From positions 124,001-188,000 of the forward strand of contig JASANG010003582.1 in NCBI GenBank assembly GCA_030248215.1: 64,000 nt of DNA, in the 5' to 3' direction. Below are positions 11,581 through 22,919 of this stretch, piece by piece (position 1 is the stretch's first letter; each line of letters begins with the position of its first letter). The notes beneath the pieces are model-generated. The model saw only the letters and a list, made by a program, of their open reading frames with translations, did not search any database and was not told where the DNA came from. A program made the position numbers and the translations under genes. The DNA is from Enoplolaimus lenunculus (Eukaryota).

Positions 11581-12942
11581 TAACATTTTACCGCTTTTTT
11601 AAACAAAAATTCGTGTTCAGTTATAACGTGAACCCCGCATAAAACCCGTAAGTGTTTTTTGATCCAATTATATAGGTCGTCTTAATTCTTCGAGTCTTCC
11701 CTGTACGCGTTAACAGCTTTGACATTTTTAAAACGTTATGCTTAACACCCGTTTCTCATTTCCGATATTTTTGTTGTTCCTGGTTACACTCTTCTCGCCA
11801 CCTGGGTTTGCGGTTTAGTTGGGCCCTAAATTTAGTTTCTTTTAATTTTACTGTATACCTAGTTTGTTTTAAATTTAACTTACATTTTGTAGTAGTGATA
11901 TAGCGGAGAGTTGAAATTTTAAATAGGTGCAGGCTAAACGTATCGTAGAGAAGAGACGTCCCTATTTTCTGTTTTTTGCCAGAAATAATATTCAGAACAA
12001 CCAAGCATGTTTTGTCTACTTTGAGTGTTCTTTTTGTTATATTGCTGATGCTCATAGCAGGCAAATGTCTCTGAATACATTGAAAGGTTAAGTTAGCTGC
12101 GTTTGTGAAAGAATAAAAGGGGGCACGAGCATGGCGTTAACATTACATCCACATCAGAACCTTGTACAAAGTAAGTAGCATTCTTAAACAACAGTTTTTG
12201 CATTGTTCAAATTTAAAACTTTAGTTTAGATTCTCGAATCCCTATTGCCGTTGGGTTTCAACGTGTCTTATGTTTATTTAACACAGCGAAATGTCGACCA
12301 AAATGAAAGCAAGCAGTCCGATAATTTGTATTGGCGAGCTGGAAAGTCAACTTAATGGGTGTTTTTGCACTATTAATCAGAACAGTGAGCAAATGTACTT
12401 GAAAAAATGGACCTTTCTTCGAGAAACTATGCGTCTGAACAGTCTGAACCGTAATTTAGCTCGGGAATTTGTTAATTTTTGATACTGCGAATTTAAAAAT
12501 CAGTTTTTTAAATTGTCCATTAATCATTAAAATTCCTGGCTTTTTTATCTAAGTTTTGTCTGAAATTAAAATTTATAAAAATATTATTCTAGTCTGGAAA
12601 GGTAAGTGTGATCCGGTAAGATTTTTGTAAAATGTCAGCTGGCTTGCAAAGAATTATATAAACCTAAGTCTTCAGAAAATGGGTGATGATTTTACACTTA
12701 TACTGAGTACTGTCAGTTTGCCTTGCGATGATTTTAGATTTTAGTGATTTTTTGTATGGTTACGCAGGAGATTTCCGCAGTTGTTTGATTCCCGCTGGGA
12801 CTCTACCCTTTTTTAAATAGCAGTCGGCGTGATATATTACTTGAACCTAATAGTATCCTATGTATGGGAGTTTGCGTCAATAAATTACCCGATTTTGAAA
12901 GAAAACGACGTACTTTATTATAGCTGACGGAAACATTACATT

Positions 12943-12959
12943 TGGAGGTTCCACCGAGA
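12943..12959 (+). promoter_or_regulatory. Primer-binding site (tRNA-Gln) of an older plus-strand LTR retrotransposon
   Basis: TGGAGGTTCCACCGAGA is complementary to the 3' end of metazoan tRNA-Gln (...UCUCGGUGGAACCUCCA). It lies 2 nt after an ...ACA LTR-like end, and a YRLRS gag-like N-terminal motif follows at ~13061. Confidence 0.75.
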
Positions 12960-13488
12960 CAACCTAATTTTTATCTGGGTAGTGAATTTGAATCCCTGAT
13001 TTGCGAGCCTGGTTGCTACCCATTACGCTGATTGCCGCAATTTCCCCCAATACGGCGGGGTACAGATTAAGGAGTGGGGGATGTTCAGACACCAGTGACG
13101 AGGACTCAATTTTTTCGGAACCTGTAGCACCTCTTAACGGTCAGGTGGGGAGGAAAAAAAAAAAAATAAAAAAAAAAAAAAAAAAAATAGTGCAGATAGA
13201 CACAGTCGAAAAAGATACACCCACGCGCAAAGAGGAAGGCCAAAAAGATAAAGGGGAGGATTAAGACAAACCCCCGCACCGCCCGCTAAAAAGGGGTAAC
13301 ACACACCCCCCCGCCGTTTTACGGGGGGATTTAGCTGGTTCTTATTTAAAGAAAGGGAAAGAAAAAACAAACACACACAGGCCGGGGCGGGGGGGGAGGT
13401 ACTAAAAGCCGACAACCAAAAAAAAAAAAAAGAAAAAATCTAAAAAAAAAAAAAATACATCGCGCCCCGCGCCGCGGGGCGGGCCCCC

Positions 13489-14689
13489 TGTGAGAAGTTC
13501 GTGATTTAAACTTAAGCCGGTATCCTGTATCACCTGTTATGTTCTTTATCTCGATGTATGCGTATCGCTCTGATTTAGTAAAACGCGGCCGGTAAATGTT
13601 TATTATAAATCCCCAACCCGAAACCCGTATGACACAAAATACCCAAGATTAAGGCCAGCAAATTAGAGGTTATGCAATTTAACTGGTAACCCGAGCCGGA
13701 ATCCTTAAAGCCGACGTCTGAATCTGATTTAATCCAGCCACTGGCTTTACCGTACCCAATACTTTTGCCGTTTTCCAGAATCCGTGCAATTCTAACCCCG
13801 TTAGAATTACACCCCGTTAAACCGTGTACTCTAACCCCGTTAGAGTTACACCAAATTTCCGACCAATCTAACCCCGTTAGATTTGGCCCAGCCGTTGTAG
13901 AATAATAAATCTAACCCCGTTAGATTTATTAGACTACTTTTTCCCAGGTTTCCTTTAATACCCCAAGTTTCCTTTAACACATGCCACCAGTATTCTATAC
14001 TGGGTAATACCGCGCCTTGCGCACCGCCAATTAACACCGTGATGCCGTAATTCCTTCACATCCTATGCCACCGTGACAATTCTTAATTTAAATCAGTTCG
14101 ACCTTACTTATTAAAACTTCCGCTTTCAACGCCCAAACCGTAATTCAACAAGAACAATGTACAAAACCGCTCACCGCCAACCAATAAAATAACAACCGAT
14201 TTGTAGGAAAACAAAACCAAGACTGATTCCGGTCCTGGCTACCCAAATCGGCATCTCGACCTCATTTGCATTTTTGCCGACACCCACAATTGGGTGTCCG
14301 CAATGCGGTTGAGGTCCAGAGCCACACATCCGGTACTAACAACAACAACAACAACACGCCGGAGACACTCAATACTAAAGCACCATTTTGGTGCTGACAT
14401 AGCCTAGCTATGTCCTTAATCGCAAAACAGGCCAACAAACTATGCACAATTAATCAACGAGTACTAAATGGCCACGCAGGGCCCAGGTAAGTTTACATTG
14501 CGGACACAGCCGCCATAGCATAGTTTTACCAATTTCTACGCCTTGTAGCAACGCCTAAGCCTAACTTAAGTTCTAAGAGAGACTAGGTGGAGCCAGGGAC
14601 TCCCTTAAGGTGTGGTTTTAATATAAGGTTTTATTTTTAGTTTTAGTTTTTAGTTTGAAATAGGTTTAAGTGTGGCATAGCCACCTACA
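13489..14689 (-). repeat. 3' LTR of the gag-only element (~1.2 kb)
   Basis: TG...CA termini; near-identical to 21097-22296; polypurine tract (AAGGGGGGA on the minus strand) immediately adjacent at 14690-14698. Confidence 0.95.
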
Positions 14690-15122
14690 TCCCCCCTTCG
14701 GCACAGATGCCGACCCTGGCATCGAACAAAATTTTATGGCCCTATTTACTGCCTTTTTTGCCGTCGCTAAAAAGCGTAAATCCACAATAACAAACTTAAC
14801 AACAATAACAACAACAATTTTTCATCATTTTCTTTCTTTTATATTACTTTTTATTTTTAAAGTTTTTGCCAAATAACAATAACAAGACCATCAAACGACC
14901 CTCGACAATGTTGCCAATGCGTCCAATAAAAACCAAACGGAAAACCGCGTACCAGCGTACCCCAGCACCCGTTAACATTACCCACTAGCGACCCCATTAC
15001 TATCCAAATAAAGTCCATCCACGATTATTACCCAGCGTACCAGTACAATCCTAGCACCCCGTAGCATCACCCCCGAAACATCACCGAATTAATACCCACC
15101 ATAAAAGTCTATTACCGATCCG

Positions 15123-18100
15123 TTAAAAGTGTTTTCGACGCAGTTCACGAGGGACGTCCGCATAATAGGCGTCCAATTCCTCCTGCGTCACCCACTGATT
15201 ATCGCGCGCCACTGATCGCGACGCCCGTTGTTGCTGCTGCTGTCGTTCCACTTGACGACTTTCTCGCATCGCCTGCCGTACGTTCTCCACTTGCTGATTG
15301 TAATAACCACGTGCCGGCGCCACTTGCGGTTGTCCCATGTGACCGCCAACTCGTACAGGGTACCGCTCGCCCGACGCTTGCCGGACTGGTGGCCGTACCC
15401 TTGCCGACCCAGCTGGTGGACTAATAACCACCCTCTGCGTTACTGCTCCGGATCCTCGGTACCCAGGCGCTGTCTGTGATCGCACAGCCGATGCACTGTA
15501 CACCGGATTCGCCTGCCTCGGTCCGATTCTACTTACCACCGACCCTGCAGCCGGTCGTACATATCCGCCCGTTGGTCTCTTCGGACTAACGCGCGCCCTC
15601 TGGGCCATTGCCCTTTTCCTCGCGTCCTTATCAAACCTCCATTTCAACTTTCCATCCGGCCCTCGCACCGCGATATATCCCGGTGCCGGTGGCTGACCCA
15701 GACTCGTGCTCGGTTTTTCCTCTGACTCCGACTGCGACCTCACCTGTCCTGGCGTTAGAGACCTCTGTCTCTTCAACGCTCCCTTTTGACTCGCAGACGT
15801 CCTGTCGTCGGACGGCTCCGGTGACTCTTCCCATCTATCTCCAGCAACTCTCTTTTTCAGCCTGTCGTTTTCCTCAGCCAACTCTTGCACCTGGTTCTCC
15901 AGCTGCCTCTTTTCCCCAACGAGCGTCATAACCTCTTCCAATGCCTTATTCAACTTTTCCATCATCACCTGACGCTCGGCTTCCTTCTCCTTTACCTTTT
16001 CCTCAGTCCGCCTCACCAGCTGTTCCGCACCGGACACATGCTCGTGAGCCCTCTGCCGCTGGTCTCCAGCCGCTCCTTCCGGCAACGGCGGGGGAGGAGG
16101 AGTTACGCACGGCTGCGCTAGGAAGGGTGAACCTTCCACGACCGATGAAGTATCCGTCGGCATCCGTGGGTACCTCCCCTCCTGATACGCCTCCGGGTCC
16201 AGCACCTTCCATTCTTTTTTAATCGTCGTAACCGAAGCGCCGTCCGATGCGCTTCCGCTACCCACTAACTGTTTCCCTTTTCCTACGCCTTTTCCTTTCC
16301 CGGTTGCCTCTGGTGTGCACAATTGGTCCACACCTGGCCTTGCCGATGGTATATCCATCCGCTCTGCTCCTTTCTCTACCGTCTCCGTATCCATTTGTTC
16401 CTCCTCGCTTGACCCATCCAAGTTCACCTCTACTACGCCTTCCTTCTTTTTCCATTTCTTTTTCTTTCCATCTGTTATCTCTACAGGTGACGTCGCTGTC
16501 GACGCCCCCCGACTTGGCACACTCGATCGCTTCTGAGCCTCGCCTGACGATGTAGGTTCTACTTGCGAAACCTCCATCTCCGTTACATTCACCGACGCGA
16601 TCCGCTGTGTGCGGTTTTCCTCCAGACGCAGCTCCTCTGCCTCTGTCCATACATTAGCTATAACAGGTAACTTCGCCACCTTCATAACCGAAGGCAACGG
16701 ATCCTCATGAATTTTCCGTATCCGTATACTAGGTGCCCCACTATCCTGCGCTGCGGCCGTAGGTGACGATATACACGGCCCCAGGACTTCCTTTTGCCTC
16801 TGTAATATCACTGGGCCTTGTACCTGGTTACTGCTCGCCGACGTCATCGGGGGTAACGGTGCGTTCAACCCCGGTATCGGTAGGCGATTTGCCCAAAAAC
16901 ACTCATTCGACGGGTGATTCGTCCTGTTACAATGAACGCAAGGCGGGAATCTCCCTCCTTGCCCTCCTTGTGCCTGTCCTTGCCTGTTTCCAGCGTTGCC
17001 AGCATTATTCTGCTGCACCGCGGCTCCGCTCGCACCCTGTCTACTCGCCTTTACTGGACATTCGCGTGCGATATGTCCCTGTCCTTCACAAAAGAAGCAC
17101 GACCCGACTTCCCTTAATTTTCTGACTCGCTCTGAATCCCGTGGCACCTGGTCAGATACAACCTGCTGACCTTGTCCTGAACCCTGTGCCTCCGTTTGCT
17201 CCTGATTATTCACACGAGCACGTCCTGCCTGCTGTCGCCGCGTATTCCCGGCGCCAGTATTTTGCCTTGCCTGTTGTGCATTCGACGCACCCGTTTGCTG
17301 TTCCTGCTTCAACTCCATTTTACTCCCTTTTTCCTTCACGTTCAACGTGCCGTCAGCTTCAAGTTGCCTCTGCAACTTCAAGGCACGGCGCCGCAACTCC
17401 TCAAACGACTCTACTATACCCAGTTGCAGCCGTTGTTTCATTTCCGGGAACGAGTTGTTCACAAATGTCTGACACAACAAGTCCCTGCTCTCCTCCGTAT
17501 TCGCAAACTGTTTCTCCAAATATCTTACCCAGTAAGACTGCAGCTCGTCAGCGTATTCGCTCACGTCCCCTTTTTGCCTGATCCTCTGGAACGCTGCCAT
17601 TCTATTCGACAGGTCCGTCGATTCTCCAAACCTTTCCTGGAATTCGCGCACTAATTGCCCGAACTCCTCTGAGCCGTATGGTCCATACCGCTCTTCCAAA
17701 ATATCCAAATACTGATCAGCCAGTCCTTTCACATGATTCCTGAAGTGATTTATTTTGGACTCGCTGTCGACAATTTTAGCCGTTTGCATCACCCGTTCAA
17801 ATTTCCTGTACCAAATTCCAAAGTCTGACTTGCCTTCGAAATTTTGCAACGGCAATTTCTGCGGCATTTTCACCACGATCTGTGGTGCACCCTGATTCGC
17901 GTACCCCATATACTGTGGTACCCGATTTGCCATATTCCCCATTGCCTGTAACTGTGGCATCTCCGCAAAACCCGTCATCCTCGGTGTTTGCATGACCGGT
18001 TCTTGCCAACTTGCGTTCGCTTGCGGAGCCACTCCTGGTTGTGCCGGAAATGCCTGATATGCATTCCCCGCCAATGGTTGGGTCAACACCGGATAACTCG

Positions 18101-19235
18101 CCTGTCGGTAGCCCATAGGGACAGGGTGGGGTGCCACCCCTCCTTTCGGCATCTCCTGATTTCCCATCGACATCGAGCAGGCTTGTTCCCCCGCTCCATG
18201 CATTCGCGTAGCTTCCGGGTACTCCTTTGTCACAGATTGCCGGTTAACGTCGTCCTTATTCGACATCCGACTCACTCTGCCTGATCTGTGACTCTGCCTT
18301 GACTCCGGTCTCTGACCCATTTCACTTTCCAATTTACTCCACAACTTTCGAAACTTCTCACTATGTTTCGACTTCAGACCCCGTTCGAATGCCCGAGTCA
18401 ATTCCTTGATTTCGTCCTCCTCCTCTTCTGATTCCTGAATAGACGTCGCCCTCGAGCGTGCCTGAGGCACCCCCGGACTGCGACCTCTATCTTCTTCCAC
18501 TGCCTTCACACTATCCTGGCTCCGTGCTCCTATACCTTGCACCTGGGTGGAAGCCTGTTGTCGCTGTAACCCATGTCCCATGGACATGCGTTGTTCCACC
18601 GACCAGTTTGCCAACGGCCCATCCATTTCTAATTGTGGATGCGGCCTAATCATATTTATCCTGCGTGACGGTTCCGTCCCGCTATAAGCCTGAGTCCATC
18701 TCATACCTGTTTCTGAACTATTTCCTTCCATCATAGCCGGATTCGGTATTGCGTATCTCGGTTCTGGTCGACATACGCCCGAATCCTCCAGATCCTGTCT
18801 CTCGTTCTGATATTCCGCTGTCATCCGAGGATAGGACATGCCTGAATCTACAACACCGCCATGTCCTGTGCTTCCCTCCGATGCATAAGCGAGTCTATGA
18901 CTCCCTTGCCGTATGCCTGCATCCTCTTGCGCTCTCATTCCGGTATACTGCCCGTCTAACATCGTTAGATCCGGCGCCCTTGTCTCCGTCACCTGTGCTC
19001 CTCGCGCAATCATAGTCGATTGCCCGGATATGCCATTCCCATTCGTCTGGAATACTGATTCGAATGATTCCTGACGACACATTGTACTCGGTAACGAAAT
19101 CTCCTCGATTTCTTTACCCGGTTCTGCCTGAAGCTCGCGTGACATACTTCGTGTTGTCACCCTGCTTTCACGCGCCGTAGCCCTTGCTACCGCTTCCTGT
19201 TCTACCGCCGTAGTTGGGGTCCTGTACAACGGCAT
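15123..19235 (-). CDS. gag: Gag-like protein, ~1370 aa from the first ATG, with capsid-like region, two CCHC knuckles and long low-complexity/coiled-coil extensions
   Basis: Capsid-like PLQNFEGKSDFGIWYRKFERVMQ...; knuckles CFFCEGQGHIAREC and CVHCNRTNHPSNEC; uninterrupted ORF between the LTRs; first in-frame ATG at 19235 (MPLYRTP). Confidence 0.9.
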   Translation of the reverse strand: MPLYRTPTTAVEQEAVARATARESRVTTRSMSRELQAEPGKEIEEISLPSTMCRQESFESVFQTNGNGISGQSTMIARGAQVTETRAPDLTMLDGQYTGMRAQEDAGIRQGSHRLAYASEGSTGHGGVVDSGMSYPRMTAEYQNERQDLEDSGVCRPEPRYAIPNPAMMEGNSSETGMRWTQAYSGTEPSRRINMIRPHPQLEMDGPLANWSVEQRMSMGHGLQRQQASTQVQGIGARSQDSVKAVEEDRGRSPGVPQARSRATSIQESEEEEDEIKELTRAFERGLKSKHSEKFRKLWSKLESEMGQRPESRQSHRSGRVSRMSNKDDVNRQSVTKEYPEATRMHGAGEQACSMSMGNQEMPKGGVAPHPVPMGYRQASYPVLTQPLAGNAYQAFPAQPGVAPQANASWQEPVMQTPRMTGFAEMPQLQAMGNMANRVPQYMGYANQGAPQIVVKMPQKLPLQNFEGKSDFGIWYRKFERVMQTAKIVDSESKINHFRNHVKGLADQYLDILEERYGPYGSEEFGQLVREFQERFGESTDLSNRMAAFQRIRQKGDVSEYADELQSYWVRYLEKQFANTEESRDLLCQTFVNNSFPEMKQRLQLGIVESFEELRRRALKLQRQLEADGTLNVKEKGSKMELKQEQQTGASNAQQARQNTGAGNTRRQQAGRARVNNQEQTEAQGSGQGQQVVSDQVPRDSERVRKLREVGSCFFCEGQGHIARECPVKASRQGASGAAVQQNNAGNAGNRQGQAQGGQGGRFPPCVHCNRTNHPSNECFWANRLPIPGLNAPLPPMTSASSNQVQGPVILQRQKEVLGPCISSPTAAAQDSGAPSIRIRKIHEDPLPSVMKVAKLPVIANVWTEAEELRLEENRTQRIASVNVTEMEVSQVEPTSSGEAQKRSSVPSRGASTATSPVEITDGKKKKWKKKEGVVEVNLDGSSEEEQMDTETVEKGAERMDIPSARPGVDQLCTPEATGKGKGVGKGKQLVGSGSASDGASVTTIKKEWKVLDPEAYQEGRYPRMPTDTSSVVEGSPFLAQPCVTPPPPPLPEGAAGDQRQRAHEHVSGAEQLVRRTEEKVKEKEAERQVMMEKLNKALEEVMTLVGEKRQLENQVQELAEENDRLKKRVAGDRWEESPEPSDDRTSASQKGALKRQRSLTPGQVRSQSESEEKPSTSLGQPPAPGYIAVRGPDGKLKWRFDKDARKRAMAQRARVSPKRPTGGYVRPAAGSVVSRIGPRQANPVYSASAVRSQTAPGYRGSGAVTQRVVISPPAGSARVRPPVRQASGERYPVRVGGHMGQPQVAPARGYYNQQVENVRQAMRESRQVERQQQQQRASRSVARDNQWVTQEELDAYYADVPRELRRKHF

Positions 19236-20103
19236 TCTCCTTTTCCGAAATCGCACTTTCAGCCAATCTCTGTAAACTATTTCCCACACCAGTGTTATTG
19301 TGTTTTATATATATAAAACACCACTTTTCTGACCGGCCAATTTTTCGTAATTTTTGGCCCGAAACTTTTCGCCCGATTCAAAATTTCTTCCAAGAACGTG
19401 CTCTGGGTATTTACGAACTATACAGTTCCTAAATGTTTCAGCCCCAAGCACCTTCGACGATTTTTCGACCTTTTCACTTAGCTACTCCCGAGATTTCGTT
19501 TCACAGCCTTATTCACTCACTGAATACGGCACCCGATTCGAAAACTTGTGGCGTAGCCCCAAGCAAAATGCTCCTGAATCGTTCCTTGAACTCCTTTCCA
19601 ACTTTTATTCACGTTTGCCAGCCGCTATCTCGCGTCAGGCCAACTTTCAGCTCCGGTTTTCACCCGAGATTGCTCCTTATTAGCTAGCTACTTGTTACAA
19701 GTACCTAGATCTCGTGCCGACGCCAACCGAAATTTCCGTAAACCCTTATAGCGCAAGTGTTAAGGGTTTACTTCCGTCCTTGATATGCCCTGAGTTCAAT
19801 GCCGTATCCTTTTTGCCTTTCTCGCACCTTTTCACTTCACCAGGTCCAAAAACAACTGAATTTTTGACAATTTTTCAGATGTTTTTGACCAATACTGCCG
19901 ATGCCTGTAGCCGTTCCGTTTCAAATTTTAACCCGGTACTTACGAACACAATAGTTCCTAAGTATGCCAATTTCACCAGTTTCCGACCGTTTTTTCCAAT
20001 TTTCGTCTCTTCACCCCGAGAATTTTCACTTCCAATTCGCCTGTTCCTGAACTAGTTCCACGTACTTGCGGCACAGCCTCAAGTATAACTGTCGAACTAA
20101 TTC

Positions 20104-21000
20104 CCAGCCTGTACTATCCAGTAATGTCAGTATCCGTTGCCCTTTCGCGCAGTAGATACTCACAGCCCGATTTCCTTTTCAGCCTGTACTCCCTGTTATC
20201 TCCACACATCGTTCCACGTCTTCCACAGCCTTTACAGATCTTCAGATCCTGTATTTCATAACACCTTTAGCCTGTATTATCCAGTAATGTCAGTATCTGT
20301 TGCCCTTTCGCGCAGTAGATACTCACAGCCCAGTTTCCTTTTCAGCCTGTACTCCCTGTTATTTTCCACAACACGATCGTTCAGATCCTGTGTTTCCAAT
20401 AACAGCCTTTTACACGATCGTTCAGATCCTGTATTTCCAATAACAGCCTTTAGCCTGTACTATCCAGTAATGTCAGTATCTGTTGCCCTTTCGCGCAGTA
20501 GATACTCACAGCCCAGTTTCCTTTTCAGCCTGTACTCCCTGTTATTTTCCACAACACGATCGTTCAGATCCTGTGTTTCCAATAACAGCCTTTTACACGA
20601 TCGTTCAGATCCTGTATTTCCAATAACAGCCTTTAGCCTGTACTATCCAGTAATGTCAGTATCTGTTGCCCTTTCGCGCAGTAGATACTCACAGCCCAGT
20701 TTCCTTTTCAGCCTGTACTCCCTGTTATTTTCCACAACACGATCGTTCAGATCCTGTGTTTCCAATAACAGCCTTTTACACGATCGTTCAGATCCTGTAT
20801 TTCCAATAACAGCCTTTAGCCTGTACTATCCAGTAATGTCAGTATCTGTTGCCCTTTCGCGCAGTAGATACTCACAGCCCAGTTTCCTTTTCAGCCTGTA
20901 CTCCCTGTTATTTTCCACAACACGATCGTTCAGATCCTGTGTTTCCAATAACAGCCTTTTACACGATCGTTCAGATCCTGTATTTCCAATAACAGCCTTT
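20104..21000. repeat. 183-bp tandem repeat (about 5 units) in the 5' leader of the LTR element
   Basis: CCTGTA(C/T)TATCCAGTAATGTCAGTATC recurs at ~20108, 20271, 20454, 20637 and 20820; the last four units are nearly identical. Confidence 0.95.
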
Positions 21001-21096
21001 TCCTTTTACACCCAGAAATTCCTTTCTCCTTTTTCCAACTATTTCCTTTCACACCGACCACCAACTAAATCAGCATCGAGACCATCGTGGTCACCA

Positions 21097-22296
21097 TGTG
21101 AGAAGTTCGTGATTTAAACTTAAGCCTGTATCCTGTATCGCCTGTATAGTTCTTTCCTCGATGTATGCTTATCGCTCTGATTTAGTAAAACGCGGCCGGT
21201 AAATGTTTATTATAAATCCCAACCCGCAACCCGTATGACACAAAATACCCAAGATTAAGGCCAGCAAATCACAGGTTATGCAATTTAACTGGTAACCCGA
21301 GCCGGAATCCTTAAAGCCGACGTCTGAATCTGATTTAATCCAGCCACTGGCTTTACCGTACCCAATACTTTTGCCGTTTTCCAGAATCCGTGCAATTCTA
21401 ACCCCGTTAGAATTACACCCCGTTAAACCGTGTACTCTAACCCCGTTAGAGTTACACCAAATTTCCGACCAATCTAACCCCGTTAGATTTGGCCCAGCCG
21501 TTGTAGAATAATAAATCTAACCCCGTTAGATTTATTAGACTACTTTTTCCCAGGTTTCCTTTAATACCCCAAGTTTCCTTTAACACATGCCACCAGTATT
21601 CTATACTGGGTAATACCGCGCCTTGCGCACCGCCAATTAACACCGTGATGCCGTAATTCCTTCACATCCTATGCCACCGTGACAATTCTTAATTTAAATC
21701 AGTTCGACCTTACTTATTAAAACTTCCGCTTTCAACGCCCAAACCGTAATTCAACAAGAACAATGTACAAAACCGCTCACCGCCAACCAATAAAAATAAC
21801 AACCGATTTGTAGGAAAGCAAAACCAAGACTGATTCCGGTCCTGGCTACCCAAATCGGCATCTCGACCTCATTTGCATTTTTGCCGACACCCACAATTGG
21901 GTGTCCGCAATGCGGTTGAGGTCCAGAGCCACACATCCGGTACTAACAACAACAACAACAACACGCCGGAGACACTCAATACTAAAGCACCATTTTGGTG
22001 CTGACATAGCCTAGCTATGTCCTTAATCGCAAAACAGGCCAACAAACTATGCACAATTAATCAACGAGTACTAAATGGCCACGCAGGGCCCAGGTAAGTT
22101 TACATTGCGGACACAGCCGCCATAGCATAGTTTTACCAATTTCTACGCCTTGTAGCAACGCCTAAGCCTAACTTAAGTTCTAAGAGAGACTAGGTGGAGC
22201 CAGGGACTCCCTTAAGGTGTGGTTTTAATATAAGGTTTTATTTTTAGTTTTAGTTTTTAGTTTGAAATAGGTTTAAGTGTGGCATAGCCACCTACA
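21097..22296 (-). repeat. 5' LTR of the gag-only element
   Basis: TG...CA termini; directly followed on the minus strand by a TGG-starting PBS. Confidence 0.95.
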
Positions 22297-22680
22297 GGCC
22301 CAATCCAAATCGAAATTTTACCGCAAGAAATAACGGAAATAATCCAAATCGAAATTTTACACCGAATTTTTCACCTCGTGGCCCTCGTTGCTATAATTGT
22401 GGAAAAATAGGGCATATTGCCATGCCCTGCAAGTTACGTGACGGTAACTTTGCAAGATCGGGGGATCAGTTTCAAGGCACGCAACGCTTTGGAAACCCAA
22501 TTAACCGAACTTATGGTTATAGATCACAGTTTAATGCAATTGCACGCCCCAATATACCCAACTTACCCGCTCTGCCACCTGCCCAACCCGTTAAGAATGT
22601 AGTAGCTACAACTGTAGCCACTTCGGGACCTGTTACCGATTCACCACCCCATTGGAACCGACCGAATTACAAAACTTAAA
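22297..22680 (+). pseudogene. gag fragment (zinc knuckle) of the older LTR element
   Basis: Translates PRGPRCYNCGKIGHIAMPCKLR (CX2CX4HX4C) at ~22375-22440, on the strand of the PBS at 12943. Confidence 0.75.
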
Positions 22681-22919
22681 AATGAACTGGACATGCTGCG
22701 CAAGCAATATGGCCTGCTAATAGAGAAATTATATCCGAATTTTGTGGGAACTGTAACAGTCAATGGTGTAGCTGGCTCCAATAGTACTTTTCAAGGTAGT
22801 ATTATACAAAATCAACTACGAATATCGAATACGAGACAACGCCTAAAGCGAGTAAGCCGAGAGTTTTTGGTGCCTGTATGCCCAATTGTTTTAAACTAAT
22901 GCGGGGTTCACGTTACCAA

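Larger units (their letters stand above)
13489..22296 (-). mobile_element. Young non-autonomous LTR retrotransposon (Ty3/gypsy-like gag only)
   Basis: Two near-identical 1.2-kb LTRs, PBS TGGTGACCACGATGG at 21096-21082, PPT, and one long ORF. There is no room or motif for RT, RNase H or integrase. Confidence 0.92.

Noticed and set aside
13001..13415. Poly-Lys and poly-Phe ORFs
   Set aside because: They derive from homopolymer runs in the suspect low-quality segment.
16715..16760. Retropepsin active site (QDSGA) inside the Gag-like ORF
   Set aside because: Lacks the hydrophobic residues before Asp and any downstream ILG.D motif; probably chance, though an HHpred check is warranted.
15228..19080. 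Many short ORFs overlapping gag
   Set aside because: Shadow frames of a long GC-rich coding sequence.
20137..21117. 326-aa repeat protein or CRISPR-like array
   Set aside because: Head-to-tail 183-bp repeats with no unique spacers; the ORF is antisense, starts at TTG and follows from the unit length being a multiple of 3.
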